Positions 14,452 to 23,180 of a DNA stretch of 27,695 nt are shown here, in pieces (position 1 is the first letter of the stretch; each line of letters opens with the position of its first letter). The notes beneath the pieces were generated by a model. That model had not been told where the DNA came from and searched no databases. It worked only from the letters and a program-made list of their open reading frames with translations. Position numbers and translations under genes: made by a program. The stretch spans positions 1-27,695 of the IMG/VR virus record IMGVR_UViG_3300046817_000471, one strand, 5' to 3'. The stretch is from a virus (Duplodnaviria; Caudoviricetes).

Positions 14452-16233
14452 TTGGTTCAGTCGAGCGGCGCCAATAATCTCACCATTGGCATTGGCGTTG
14501 ACAGCTCCAAGCTGCCCGGTGAACTGGCGCGCGCTACTGCGATTTACCGCGACTGGCTGCGGCAGCTTAACGCTGCGGCGAAGCAAGAAATGTCGGCGGG
14601 CCGCACGCCTCTTGTTGACCAGCTATCGGCAGGAGCGGCAGCGGCGGCCGCCCAAATCGCCAAGCTAAAGCAGCAGCAACGCGATCTGCGCCAGGAGTCG
14701 AGCGAAGGCGCCACCAAGCTCACTGGGGATTTCAAGAGCCTGGCCAGTGGAATCGCGACGATTGTCGAAAGCTGGAAAGCCGTGCGGTTCGGGATCGCCG
14801 GTGCGGTGATTTTCGAAGCCATCAGGAAAATCGGCGAGGCGGTGACGGATGTCACGAACAAGGTGACCCAGCTCAACAAGATAGCCGCGGCGACCGGCTT
14901 TGACACTTCGACGATCCAGGCTTTCGAGCACATTCTAAAGTCAACCGGGGGCGTCGCGGAGGATGCCGGCAAGATCCTGTTTGCCCTTAGTAGATCCTAT
15001 GACGCCGCCCGCCTCGCGGCGGAACGTGCAGGACAGACGCTCGGCAGCGGGATGCAGATTCTGCGCGGCGGCGGGCCTGACCAGCAATCCGGCATGCAGG
15101 TCTTCAGGGGCGGCGAGCAGACGATGCGCCCTGGACCGCATATGGTCACAGTCCAGCGTGGCGCATCGGTTGTGGCGCCGCCCGAAATCAAAGACGCGAC
15201 TTCTGCATACGACGCGCTCAACATCAAGGTCGCGCGGTACAACAATTCGCTGCAAGACCAGGACAAGCTGCTCGTCGATGTCGCCAAGGGACTCAAGGCA
15301 TGGAAAGATGCCGGGCGTATCGATGTGGCAACCGAGATCGGCACGCAACTGGTCGGCAAGAACTATCGCGAAATCGCCGCCGCGCTCGACGAGATCGCCA
15401 AGCCTGGCACCCTCGCGCGGATACGGGATCTGCAAAAGGCGACGGGGCAACTGATTAGCCCGGAAGACAAGAAGCTGGTCGACGACTACACCGAGGCGCA
15501 TGAGGCGCTGACATCGCGAGCGGAGGGAGGCCAGACCCGCGGCGTGATGGGCGCGCTACCGGCCGTCACCGCGGCGGCGCAGAAGTCTGCCGACGCTCTG
15601 CAAGAGTTGAAGAAAACCCCACAAGAAATCGCCGACGCGTGGCAGCAGACCGGCGAGAGCATTACCGAAGGCTCGGACCGGGTCGTTGGCAATCTCAAAC
15701 AGGCATGGGGTGATCTCGGCGCATGGTTCGATAACCTCGGCGCCGGGATCGCCAATCGGTGGAATGCCCAGATGGGGACGATGGCAGCGCCGCCTGCCGG
15801 TGGTGGCGGCGGCGGCATTACCGGCGGCGATAGCGCGCTCACCGAGGTGCCGTTCGGGATGGCTTCGGGCGGCTATGTGCGCGGACCTGGCAGCGGGACA
15901 AGCGACAGCATTGCCGCTAGGCTCTCTGCCGGCGAATTCGTTGTACGAGCGGCCGCGGTTCGCCGGCTCGGCCTTGGTTTCCTCTCCGGGCTCAACGGCT
16001 ATGCCGCCGGCGGCCTCGTCGAGCGGCCGCCGTTGCGCTTCGCCGCCGGCGGCCTGGTGCCGTCCGCCGCTGGGGGCGGCCGTGCGGTGCATCTGCACCT
16101 CGGCGGCGGCTCCTTCGCGCTCTCAGGGCACGGCAGCGTGGTCGATGCGTTGGTCAGCGCTGCGCACTCGCAGCAGATCCGCTCGGCCGGCGTCAAGCCG
16201 TCGTGGTTCGCGGCGCGTCCGGGCGGTCAATGA
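14452..16233 (+). CDS. Tail tape measure protein (593 aa)
   Basis: N-terminal NLTIGIGVDSS, Ala/Gln-rich helical body, C-terminal ASGGYVRGPGSGTSDSIAARLSAGEFVV motif; TTG start with GGAG RBS. Confidence 0.9.
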   Translation: MVQSSGANNLTIGIGVDSSKLPGELARATAIYRDWLRQLNAAAKQEMSAGRTPLVDQLSAGAAAAAAQIAKLKQQQRDLRQESSEGATKLTGDFKSLASGIATIVESWKAVRFGIAGAVIFEAIRKIGEAVTDVTNKVTQLNKIAAATGFDTSTIQAFEHILKSTGGVAEDAGKILFALSRSYDAARLAAERAGQTLGSGMQILRGGGPDQQSGMQVFRGGEQTMRPGPHMVTVQRGASVVAPPEIKDATSAYDALNIKVARYNNSLQDQDKLLVDVAKGLKAWKDAGRIDVATEIGTQLVGKNYREIAAALDEIAKPGTLARIRDLQKATGQLISPEDKKLVDDYTEAHEALTSRAEGGQTRGVMGALPAVTAAAQKSADALQELKKTPQEIADAWQQTGESITEGSDRVVGNLKQAWGDLGAWFDNLGAGIANRWNAQMGTMAAPPAGGGGGGITGGDSALTEVPFGMASGGYVRGPGSGTSDSIAARLSAGEFVVRAAAVRRLGLGFLSGLNGYAAGGLVERPPLRFAAGGLVPSAAGGGRAVHLHLGGGSFALSGHGSVVDALVSAAHSQQIRSAGVKPSWFAARPGGQ

Positions 16234-16691
16234 CGATCCCATACACGCAGCTCGATATCCGCTTCGATCTCTCTGCGGCGCCGCCCGGCGTCAATCCCTA
16301 TTCCGCGCGTGGTCTGCGTGGCACGCTGGCGCCGATCGACCAGGCCAAGGGCGCCGACAAGCTGGCGCGCACCGTCAACGGCGGCCTCGTCGATCTCAGT
16401 GCGCCGCAGATGCGCAAATACCAGTTGACCATCACCGGCAACGACCAGGCGCCACCCGCGCTCGACGGCTTGTGGGTCGGCATGGTCGTCGTCGTCAATT
16501 CGCTGGTCGAGATGGCGTACCTTACGGTTGGCGGCTCTGCTGGCAGACCGGCGGTTTCCGGCAGCGTCCGCACCGAGGACGCTTTCACCTACTACCGTCC
16601 GCAGTTCACCATGATGGTTGTCGACTCACAGATCGAGCGCGAGGAATGGGAAGCCAACGTCCCGTGGTCGCTCTCGCTGGAAGAGATCTAG
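16230..16691 (+). CDS. Putative distal tail (Dit-like) protein
   Basis: Directly after the tape measure (ATGA overlap); LARTVNGGLVDLS...KY and W.L.LEEI end; beta-rich, 153 aa. Confidence 0.6.
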   Translation: MTIPYTQLDIRFDLSAAPPGVNPYSARGLRGTLAPIDQAKGADKLARTVNGGLVDLSAPQMRKYQLTITGNDQAPPALDGLWVGMVVVVNSLVEMAYLTVGGSAGRPAVSGSVRTEDAFTYYRPQFTMMVVDSQIEREEWEANVPWSLSLEEI

Positions 16692-19493
16692 GTGCCCGGC
16701 CCGATCTACTTCGCCTGGACTGGCGGCGCGATCGTGGAGCAGCTCACCCTCGTCACCAACGGCACGACGCACGGCGTCTTGTTCGAGTTGGCGACGATTG
16801 TCGGCGACACCAACCCCGGCATCGCTCAGGTCATTAATGTCGCCAGCACCGACAACCTCCAGCAAGACGCCGGCTATCACGTCACCGGGCCGGGCCTCGA
16901 CGCCTATTTTATTTACGACAACGCCACCACGCTGAGCGGCCTGCCGAATTCGCTAAATCTGACCTCCGCGCCGACATCGGGAGAGAGGTCGGGGGATTTC
17001 TCGACGACGAAAGCCGTGCCGATCGGGACCGTGCTCGGCACGGTGAGCCACGGCAGCAGCACGGTGGCGTTGGCCGCCGGCGATTTGCCGGCCGGGATCT
17101 ACGGCATTCAAGGGATCGGTGTCGGCGAGACCGACATTCCCATCGGCACCACCGATGGCACCTCACACACCACCGGCGGCGGGATAACGCTGATCGGCAG
17201 CGCCTATCTCAACTATGACGGCAGCGGGCACGGCACGATGTACATCATCGCCGCGACCCCGCACACAAGCACGCGCATCGGCGACTTGCCACCACACCTG
17301 CTCGAGACGTTCACGACGTACAGCATCGCCTCTCAACCCGTCAGAGCCACGACCTCGGGCGAATTCCCGATGGTGATTAGCGGGTTCCCCGTCGAAGACC
17401 CGTTCAGCGTAACCGCTATCCCATCCGGCGCGCTGATGAGCCTCTCGCCGGGTCTCGTCTACAACATCACCGGCAACGGCATCCCGGTGGGCGCAACCTT
17501 CGTGGCGCCGAGCAGCGGCAGCTCGATCGAACTCGACCTGGCTGCGACGGCGTCGGAGATCAATGCAATTCTGACGATCACTGGGCCACGCACGCCGACC
17601 GCGCCATTTGATCCCGCTGTCCATAACCGCTTTGACGAAGAGATCATCAGCTTTGACATCAGCCAGGACGAGGGCAGTTTTGCGACGCTTACCGCGCAGC
17701 TCAAAAATCCCGCCGTAGGCCTTCTGGCGCTCGGCAGATATCTCTGGTGCTGGTTGAGCTATGACCAGGCGTGGAACCCCGCCGGGAATACGCCGGATCT
17801 CGTGCCGCTCTTTAACGGGCGCCTGATCGGGGTGCCGAAGTTGCAAGCCGGCGAGATCGTCGAGCTCCAGTTCCTTGCCCGCCCGGACGACTTCAACGCC
17901 CAGAAACAGTCGTGGGCAACATCGCTGCAAGTGCCACCCTATTACGATCCGGTCTGGATCGCACGGCCGCCCAATCCCGACACGGTGCTAGAGACTTATT
18001 CCGCGTTGTGGCACATCGACCGCGTGAGCCTCGGGGTGTCGATCAGCGATATCCTCGACGGCGAGGACGGCATCATCGATATCGGCGAGGATATCTCCTT
18101 ATATAACAATTTCAGCCTGTCCTATGGTCAGCCGCCTCTGGTCTCGACGATGGTGACCGGCACGGTCACCTGGGCGCAGCAGGCCGAAGGCAGGATCGAC
18201 ATTACCCAGCCGATCCTCAATGCGTTTAAGGATCAGGGATCATATTACAAATGGGTCTTCCCGGTGACTTATTGGGGAACCGGCGGCGGCGGCCTCATCC
18301 AGACACTCTCCGGCAACGGTCTCAAATCGGATTGGCCGAAGCCGGGAACAAGCATCGGCGGCGGCTGGTCGCTCAGCACGTTGCTCGACGGTGACGGCAT
18401 CCCACTGTGCTACATCATCGATGCCGTCATGGACGGCCAGGTCAGCTACAACGTCACTTATGAAGCACAGACACCGCCAGCGAGCCAAGCGGGAAGCACG
18501 ACCGAGCAAAGCAACGTCAATATATTTCTCCAGCCGACCAGCACCTTCGTCGCGCGCTTCCCGATGAACGTCTACAAGATTCGGATGGTGCTTGAGTACA
18601 GGGCAAATCGCAAACGCACCGAAGTCTTGACGGCGGTAGTAACCGCGGGGGTTCAGCGCGAGCTATCCGATTCCGCCGAGAGCGACCACGAAACCATCAG
18701 CCTCAGTTCCGACTTTATCGATAAGGCCGTTGATCCTGACGGCAGCATACCGATCGGCAACGTCGCCTATCGCTCGTATTTCCAGACGGCCAGGGGCAAT
18801 GTCTCGTTCGAGTACCTGCTGCTCGCAGCCAGGGCAAAGATGCGCGCCAGGGCACGGGCCGTCGACATTACCTTCGCGGTCCCCTGGCAGCAGGCTCTGG
18901 CGATTACGCTGCGGCACAACGTCCAGATCAGCGATCGCCGGCTGCCGGGCGGCGGCGCCCTCGGCAAGGTCAAGAGCTACAAGCTCAGTTGCGCCACCGG
19001 CGGCATCATGCTCGGGGAGTTCACCATCGGCTGCGCGATCGGCACCGGCGATCCGATCGCGCCACAAGCCGGGGTAAACTCATATGTCGAAGATGCCTAT
19101 GTCGACGCCGGCTATCAGACGGTAACCGGGGCGCAGATCACGCTGAGTGAAACGGCAGACCTCGCCTATCAGACGCTCGACGACTTCGCCGTCATTGATG
19201 ACGGCCTGGATCTCACGCGCCTGGTCGGAGCGCAGGCGGTGAACGAGTGCGTCGTCACCAACCTTTTTACCGAGCAATTGCCGGCGCTGCTTGCCTACAG
19301 CCAAACGACGACACCGACGAACGGCAATCCGCTCAAACTTATGGAGACCATGAAGACCACCGTCACGCTCGACCTAAAGCCGGTCCAGGGTTCTGAATTT
19401 TCAACGGCCTTCTTTCCGGCGGTGACGCCGCTGGTGTTGCCAAAGACGATCGATCTGTCCGCATCTACGCCGGGAGAACTGACCCATGCCTGA
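16692..19493 (+). CDS. Tail tip/baseplate hub-like protein with a ~290-aa N-proximal beta-rich insert
   Basis: Largest tail gene after Dit; EGSFATL...KNP..GLLA.GR..WCWLS, PLFNGRLIGVP, YF.T.RG..S.EYLL..ARAK.R.RAR, DRRLPGG.A.GKV.SY. Confidence 0.7.
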   Translation: MPGPIYFAWTGGAIVEQLTLVTNGTTHGVLFELATIVGDTNPGIAQVINVASTDNLQQDAGYHVTGPGLDAYFIYDNATTLSGLPNSLNLTSAPTSGERSGDFSTTKAVPIGTVLGTVSHGSSTVALAAGDLPAGIYGIQGIGVGETDIPIGTTDGTSHTTGGGITLIGSAYLNYDGSGHGTMYIIAATPHTSTRIGDLPPHLLETFTTYSIASQPVRATTSGEFPMVISGFPVEDPFSVTAIPSGALMSLSPGLVYNITGNGIPVGATFVAPSSGSSIELDLAATASEINAILTITGPRTPTAPFDPAVHNRFDEEIISFDISQDEGSFATLTAQLKNPAVGLLALGRYLWCWLSYDQAWNPAGNTPDLVPLFNGRLIGVPKLQAGEIVELQFLARPDDFNAQKQSWATSLQVPPYYDPVWIARPPNPDTVLETYSALWHIDRVSLGVSISDILDGEDGIIDIGEDISLYNNFSLSYGQPPLVSTMVTGTVTWAQQAEGRIDITQPILNAFKDQGSYYKWVFPVTYWGTGGGGLIQTLSGNGLKSDWPKPGTSIGGGWSLSTLLDGDGIPLCYIIDAVMDGQVSYNVTYEAQTPPASQAGSTTEQSNVNIFLQPTSTFVARFPMNVYKIRMVLEYRANRKRTEVLTAVVTAGVQRELSDSAESDHETISLSSDFIDKAVDPDGSIPIGNVAYRSYFQTARGNVSFEYLLLAARAKMRARARAVDITFAVPWQQALAITLRHNVQISDRRLPGGGALGKVKSYKLSCATGGIMLGEFTIGCAIGTGDPIAPQAGVNSYVEDAYVDAGYQTVTGAQITLSETADLAYQTLDDFAVIDDGLDLTRLVGAQAVNECVVTNLFTEQLPALLAYSQTTTPTNGNPLKLMETMKTTVTLDLKPVQGSEFSTAFFPAVTPLVLPKTIDLSASTPGELTHA

Positions 19494-19944
19494 CGGTTTT
19501 GAATACATCGTCCGCCCCTATCAGTCGCCGAACGCGAACGGCACAACGATCATCCCATCGACGCCGGCCATCAGCGCGCAGCGGGCAACCCTGACCTGGG
19601 GTTCGACGGCACAGATGCCGTTACCTGAAATCGCTAATGTCAGCGTTGCCTGCTGTACCGAGGCGCTGAAGGAACAGGCACGCGTTAGCCAACCGATCCG
19701 GGTGTATCAGGACGGCGATCCGAATAGCGCGGCTTACGTCGATCTCGCGCGGCCGCACCAGATGACGCTACAGAAAAAAGACACCACGCAATGCCTGCCC
19801 GACGATTTCGACCAGATCTCGATTGTCGCCGCGTCATTGACCGCGTTTGACGCCGAAATGGACGCGCTGTTTGCGCCCTTCGATTCGACCGACCAGCACT
19901 GCAAGGCATCGTGGACGTTCACGCATGGGGCGCCGACGCCGTGA
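19486..19944 (+). CDS. Hypothetical tail-tip protein
   Basis: GGAG RBS, overlaps the previous stop; FEYIVRPYQ N-terminus; 4 Cys. Confidence 0.65.
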   Translation: MPDGFEYIVRPYQSPNANGTTIIPSTPAISAQRATLTWGSTAQMPLPEIANVSVACCTEALKEQARVSQPIRVYQDGDPNSAAYVDLARPHQMTLQKKDTTQCLPDDFDQISIVAASLTAFDAEMDALFAPFDSTDQHCKASWTFTHGAPTP

Positions 19945-20132
19945 CAATAACCTGGACGCCCGGTCTCAAGCCGGCGTCATTTCGCGGCGACCCGCCGGAT
20001 TACATCGAGTCCCCGGTCGAGCAGATCGTGAATATCCACTGGGGCGGCCTGGCGGTGCACTTCGGCGCCAAGGACGGGCCGCCAAAGCCGAAGCCACCAC
20101 CACCAGCGCCGGGAACAACCCGAACGCTATGA
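19941..20132 (+). CDS. 63-aa Pro-rich hypothetical protein
   Basis: GTGA overlap upstream and ATGA overlap downstream; MTITWTPG...EQIVNIHWGGLAVHFG..PPKPKPPPPAP. Confidence 0.65.
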   Translation: MTITWTPGLKPASFRGDPPDYIESPVEQIVNIHWGGLAVHFGAKDGPPKPKPPPPAPGTTRTL

Positions 20133-21514
20133 GCTACCTGCAACTGGAGAACGGCATAACCGATTTCTCGAAGGCCGTGATCTCTCTATGGTTTCGCGTG
20201 CCGCAATCGTCGATCGACGCGAAGGCGGGAGAAGATCTACCGCCGCCTTACCCGGCCGTCCTGGGTTCGACGATTCCGCTGATGACCTTCGGGGTGCCGC
20301 AGACCAAAGCTATCTACCAAGGCGCGGGCGTGCTGGTGTCCACTTACCACTATGTGCCGGTTGACAGTTTCGGCAATCCCGCCGATACCAGCGTGCCGCC
20401 ATTCGGCATTTTGGACAGTCCCTCCTTTGGGGTTGTCGGCCATGATCCGGTTGACCCCTCTTACATTGGGCTCGACATCTACACCGATGGTGACGAAAAC
20501 GCAGTCAGCCTCAGTTTCAAGTTGCAAACCGCAGGGTTTGCCAATGCCGCGGGAAGAAACTTCAACCAAACTCATGTGGATCTTTACGATACGACCGCTC
20601 TCGTCGGCGATGTTCCGACGCTCATAATGACACCCGGCACAAGCTGGATGCCTGGCTTCCAGGGCGGTGGAGCGGCCTATACCCAGATAGTCGACACCTC
20701 CTACGCGCTGGCCGCGCAGCCCGAGTTTTTCCTCGTGCAGTCAACTATCCGCATCACCGCGAACCACTGGCACCACGTACTGCTGTCATTCGATCTCGAC
20801 AACCCGTGTGAAACGCACGGGCCGGCCTTTGGCGTATTGGACGCGACGACGGCTGACGGCACCAATAGCTACTGCCGGTTTTGGTATGCTATCGACGATG
20901 TCAACTACGATGGCGTCACCAATGACATGGGTCCGTTCTTCGTCACTCATAGCGGCGATCCGAATGCAATCCTCACCCAAAGCAGCTACGCCGTGGCCGA
21001 CTCGGTTACCAGTTATCCCTACAATTGCGGCGTCGCGCCGGCGACTTGCGCCGTGCCGCCTTCGGTGATCCCGGCGCACGGTGCCGAACTCGGCATCCCG
21101 GCATCCCCGTCCTATGTCGATCGCATATACCCGGTCGAGATGGCGGAGCTGCAAGTCTTCACCGGCGTAACGCTTGATACCAGTATCGTTGCAAACCGAC
21201 GCGCCTTCATCACGGCGGCCGGCACGCCCGCCGATCCCCTGAAGAAACCGAACCCAACTCCGCCGCCGCCGGGCCCGCCGCCAATCAAGGGACCACAGGA
21301 GTTGCTCGGGAAAGAGGCGGACCTTTTGCTGCACGGCAGCGGCAATTGGATCAACGGAAAGAACACCGGCAAGGTGATCAAGCTAAACGACATCGGCAAA
21401 CCGACCGCCGTGCCCGCCGAACAATTAGTCCCGACCGGATCGATCGTCTCCTATTCGCCCGACCCGAGCCTGCACGGCGCGCAGGTGCCCGCACCACCGC
21501 CGCCACCTCACTGA
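20129..21514 (+). CDS. Tail protein with a LamG/concanavalin-A-like lectin pattern
   Basis: ISLWFRVP and ITANHWHHVLLSFDL, then MAELQVF; starts at ATG 20129 (MSYLQLENG). Confidence 0.65.
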   Translation: MSYLQLENGITDFSKAVISLWFRVPQSSIDAKAGEDLPPPYPAVLGSTIPLMTFGVPQTKAIYQGAGVLVSTYHYVPVDSFGNPADTSVPPFGILDSPSFGVVGHDPVDPSYIGLDIYTDGDENAVSLSFKLQTAGFANAAGRNFNQTHVDLYDTTALVGDVPTLIMTPGTSWMPGFQGGGAAYTQIVDTSYALAAQPEFFLVQSTIRITANHWHHVLLSFDLDNPCETHGPAFGVLDATTADGTNSYCRFWYAIDDVNYDGVTNDMGPFFVTHSGDPNAILTQSSYAVADSVTSYPYNCGVAPATCAVPPSVIPAHGAELGIPASPSYVDRIYPVEMAELQVFTGVTLDTSIVANRRAFITAAGTPADPLKKPNPTPPPPGPPPIKGPQELLGKEADLLLHGSGNWINGKNTGKVIKLNDIGKPTAVPAEQLVPTGSIVSYSPDPSLHGAQVPAPPPPPH

Positions 21515-21527
21515 GATAAGGCCAGCA

Positions 21528-22505
21528 ATGGACCCCATCGTCTTTCGCACGCTAGGGCCGTGGGGAGCGGGCAAGGGCGCCAACCTTGCGCCCGGCGAAG
21601 TCGACAGCAATTTCTGGGCGCTGGCGCAGGCGATCTTCGATCTACAAAACGACCCTGCGGTGCCGAACGGCATCGCCGCGATCACCGTGTCCGGCACTCA
21701 AATGACCATCACGCTGATGGATGGTCAGGTTCTCGGACCCTATACGCTGCCCGTGCTGACCTTCCGTTGGCGCGACGAGTGGCTGCCGGGGACGATTTAT
21801 GCCGCGCTCGACGTGGTCAAGGTTACCAATCTCGGCATCTTTATGTGCCAGGTCAGCCACACCAGCGGCGCGACGTTCGACGGCAATCTGCTGATCGATG
21901 GAGCGGCAGCCTGGCTGCAATTATTCGGCTCGGTCGATGCGAGCCTCTCGGCGCTTCTGGATGTCCATCTGACCGACTTGCAGGACCGGGACTTCCTGCA
22001 ATGGGTCGCAGCGGACAATGCGTGGGAAAACATCTCGCTCGGCGGCATCGACCTTATCGCGATCACGTCGCCGCAGCCGTTCGACACGCTCAGCTACAGC
22101 AGCAGCTCGGGCAAGTTCGAGAACCACCGGCCGAAATACGTCATCGGCGCCTATGTTCCGGGCACCATGACCGCCTCGCAAAACCTGCTGTTTCACAAGT
22201 TCTCGAATGCCGTCACCTTGCCGGCGAACCTTGGCGCCTGGCTCGGGCATACGAGCGAGGCGGGCGCGGCGGTCGCAGCCACGGCATCCACGGTCATCAC
22301 GCTTGCACAGGCAGCCGCCGGTGCACCGACAACCTTCGCCAATGTGGCGACAATCACCTTCGGCGCGGGCTCGGTGACCGGCTCCATGTCCATCCAGGCG
22401 GCCATCGGCTTCGCGCAGGGCGACATCCTGCGGATACGCGGGCCAGGATCGCCCGACTCGACCTTCGCCGATCTTCACCTAACCCTCGTGGGGTATGAGA
22501 GCTAA
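21528..22505 (+). CDS. Tail fibre-associated protein
   Basis: GKGANL...EVDSNF N-terminal anchor, WRDEWLPGTIY..LDVV carbohydrate-binding-like module, L..L.DV...D.LQW....WEN fibre repeats, beta-sandwich C-terminus. Confidence 0.7.
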   Translation: MDPIVFRTLGPWGAGKGANLAPGEVDSNFWALAQAIFDLQNDPAVPNGIAAITVSGTQMTITLMDGQVLGPYTLPVLTFRWRDEWLPGTIYAALDVVKVTNLGIFMCQVSHTSGATFDGNLLIDGAAAWLQLFGSVDASLSALLDVHLTDLQDRDFLQWVAADNAWENISLGGIDLIAITSPQPFDTLSYSSSSGKFENHRPKYVIGAYVPGTMTASQNLLFHKFSNAVTLPANLGAWLGHTSEAGAAVAATASTVITLAQAAAGAPTTFANVATITFGAGSVTGSMSIQAAIGFAQGDILRIRGPGSPDSTFADLHLTLVGYES

Positions 22506-22508
22506 GCC

Positions 22509-23168
22509 ATGACAGGATTTACCGACCGCACCTCGCAGGGCATCTTGGCTCACATCGTCGGCAAGACGGCGCTCTACACGCTACCGACGGCCTATGTCGG
22601 CCTGTTCACCGCTGTCGGCACCGACACAGGAACGGGCTTCACCGAGCCGACTGTCGGTGCCTATGCGCGGGTCGCCACGGCGGCGGCGGACTGGGCGGCG
22701 CCCTCGGGCTCGGCCCCATCGCAGATCAGCAACGCCAACACCCTGACGTTCCCGACTGCGACCGCCGACTGGGGCAGCATCATCGGTTTCGGCCTCTACG
22801 ACGCCGCTTCCACGGGCAACCTGCTCTGCTGGGATTTCTTCGGCGCTTACAACTGGCTCCCGGCCACAGTCAACGCCGCCTCGCCCGCGGTCATCACGTC
22901 ACACGCTCACGGCTTCGTGGTCGCCGATCTGGTGGAATGGTCGATCGAATACGGCGGCGTCAATCCGACATTCTCTGCGAGCAGTTTCACCGGCGTCCTG
23001 GCGGTCGCGACGGCAAGCACCGACACCTTCACCGTCACCAACGCGACCGTTGCGGTCAATACCAGCGCCACCGGCAACGGCATGGTGCGCAAGATCCTGC
23101 CGCAGTCCATCACCAACGGGTCGTCAGCGGCGTTCCCGGCGGGGTCGCTGATCATCCGCTCGTCGTAA
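22509..23168 (+). CDS. Phage tail fibre-associated structural protein with an inserted beta domain
   Basis: AYVGLFTA...E.....YARV...SNA..LTFPTATADWG.I..FGLYDAASTGNLL...FPAGSL pattern of a common minor tail protein family. Confidence 0.7.
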   Translation: MTGFTDRTSQGILAHIVGKTALYTLPTAYVGLFTAVGTDTGTGFTEPTVGAYARVATAAADWAAPSGSAPSQISNANTLTFPTATADWGSIIGFGLYDAASTGNLLCWDFFGAYNWLPATVNAASPAVITSHAHGFVVADLVEWSIEYGGVNPTFSASSFTGVLAVATASTDTFTVTNATVAVNTSATGNGMVRKILPQSITNGSSAAFPAGSLIIRSS

Positions 23169-23180
23169 AGGGGCGCCGCA

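Noticed and set aside
15856-16065. Three (F/Y/M)A.GG repeats at the tape measure C-terminus as a novel motif
   Set aside because: A common feature of tape measure C-termini.
3656-16691. Gene transfer agent rather than phage
   Set aside because: Replication genes, HNH/cos-type packaging and many accessory ORFs are linked to the structural genes, and the gene order differs from the RcGTA cluster.
8884-16692. Genome-wide amber recoding, since TAG stops at 8886, 13265 and 16691 are each followed by an in-frame gene
   Set aside because: TAA and TGA junctions are often in frame too (e.g. 14451/14452, 22505/22509, 26404/26411), downstream genes have their own RBS, genes are full length in the standard code, and no suppressor tRNA is visible.
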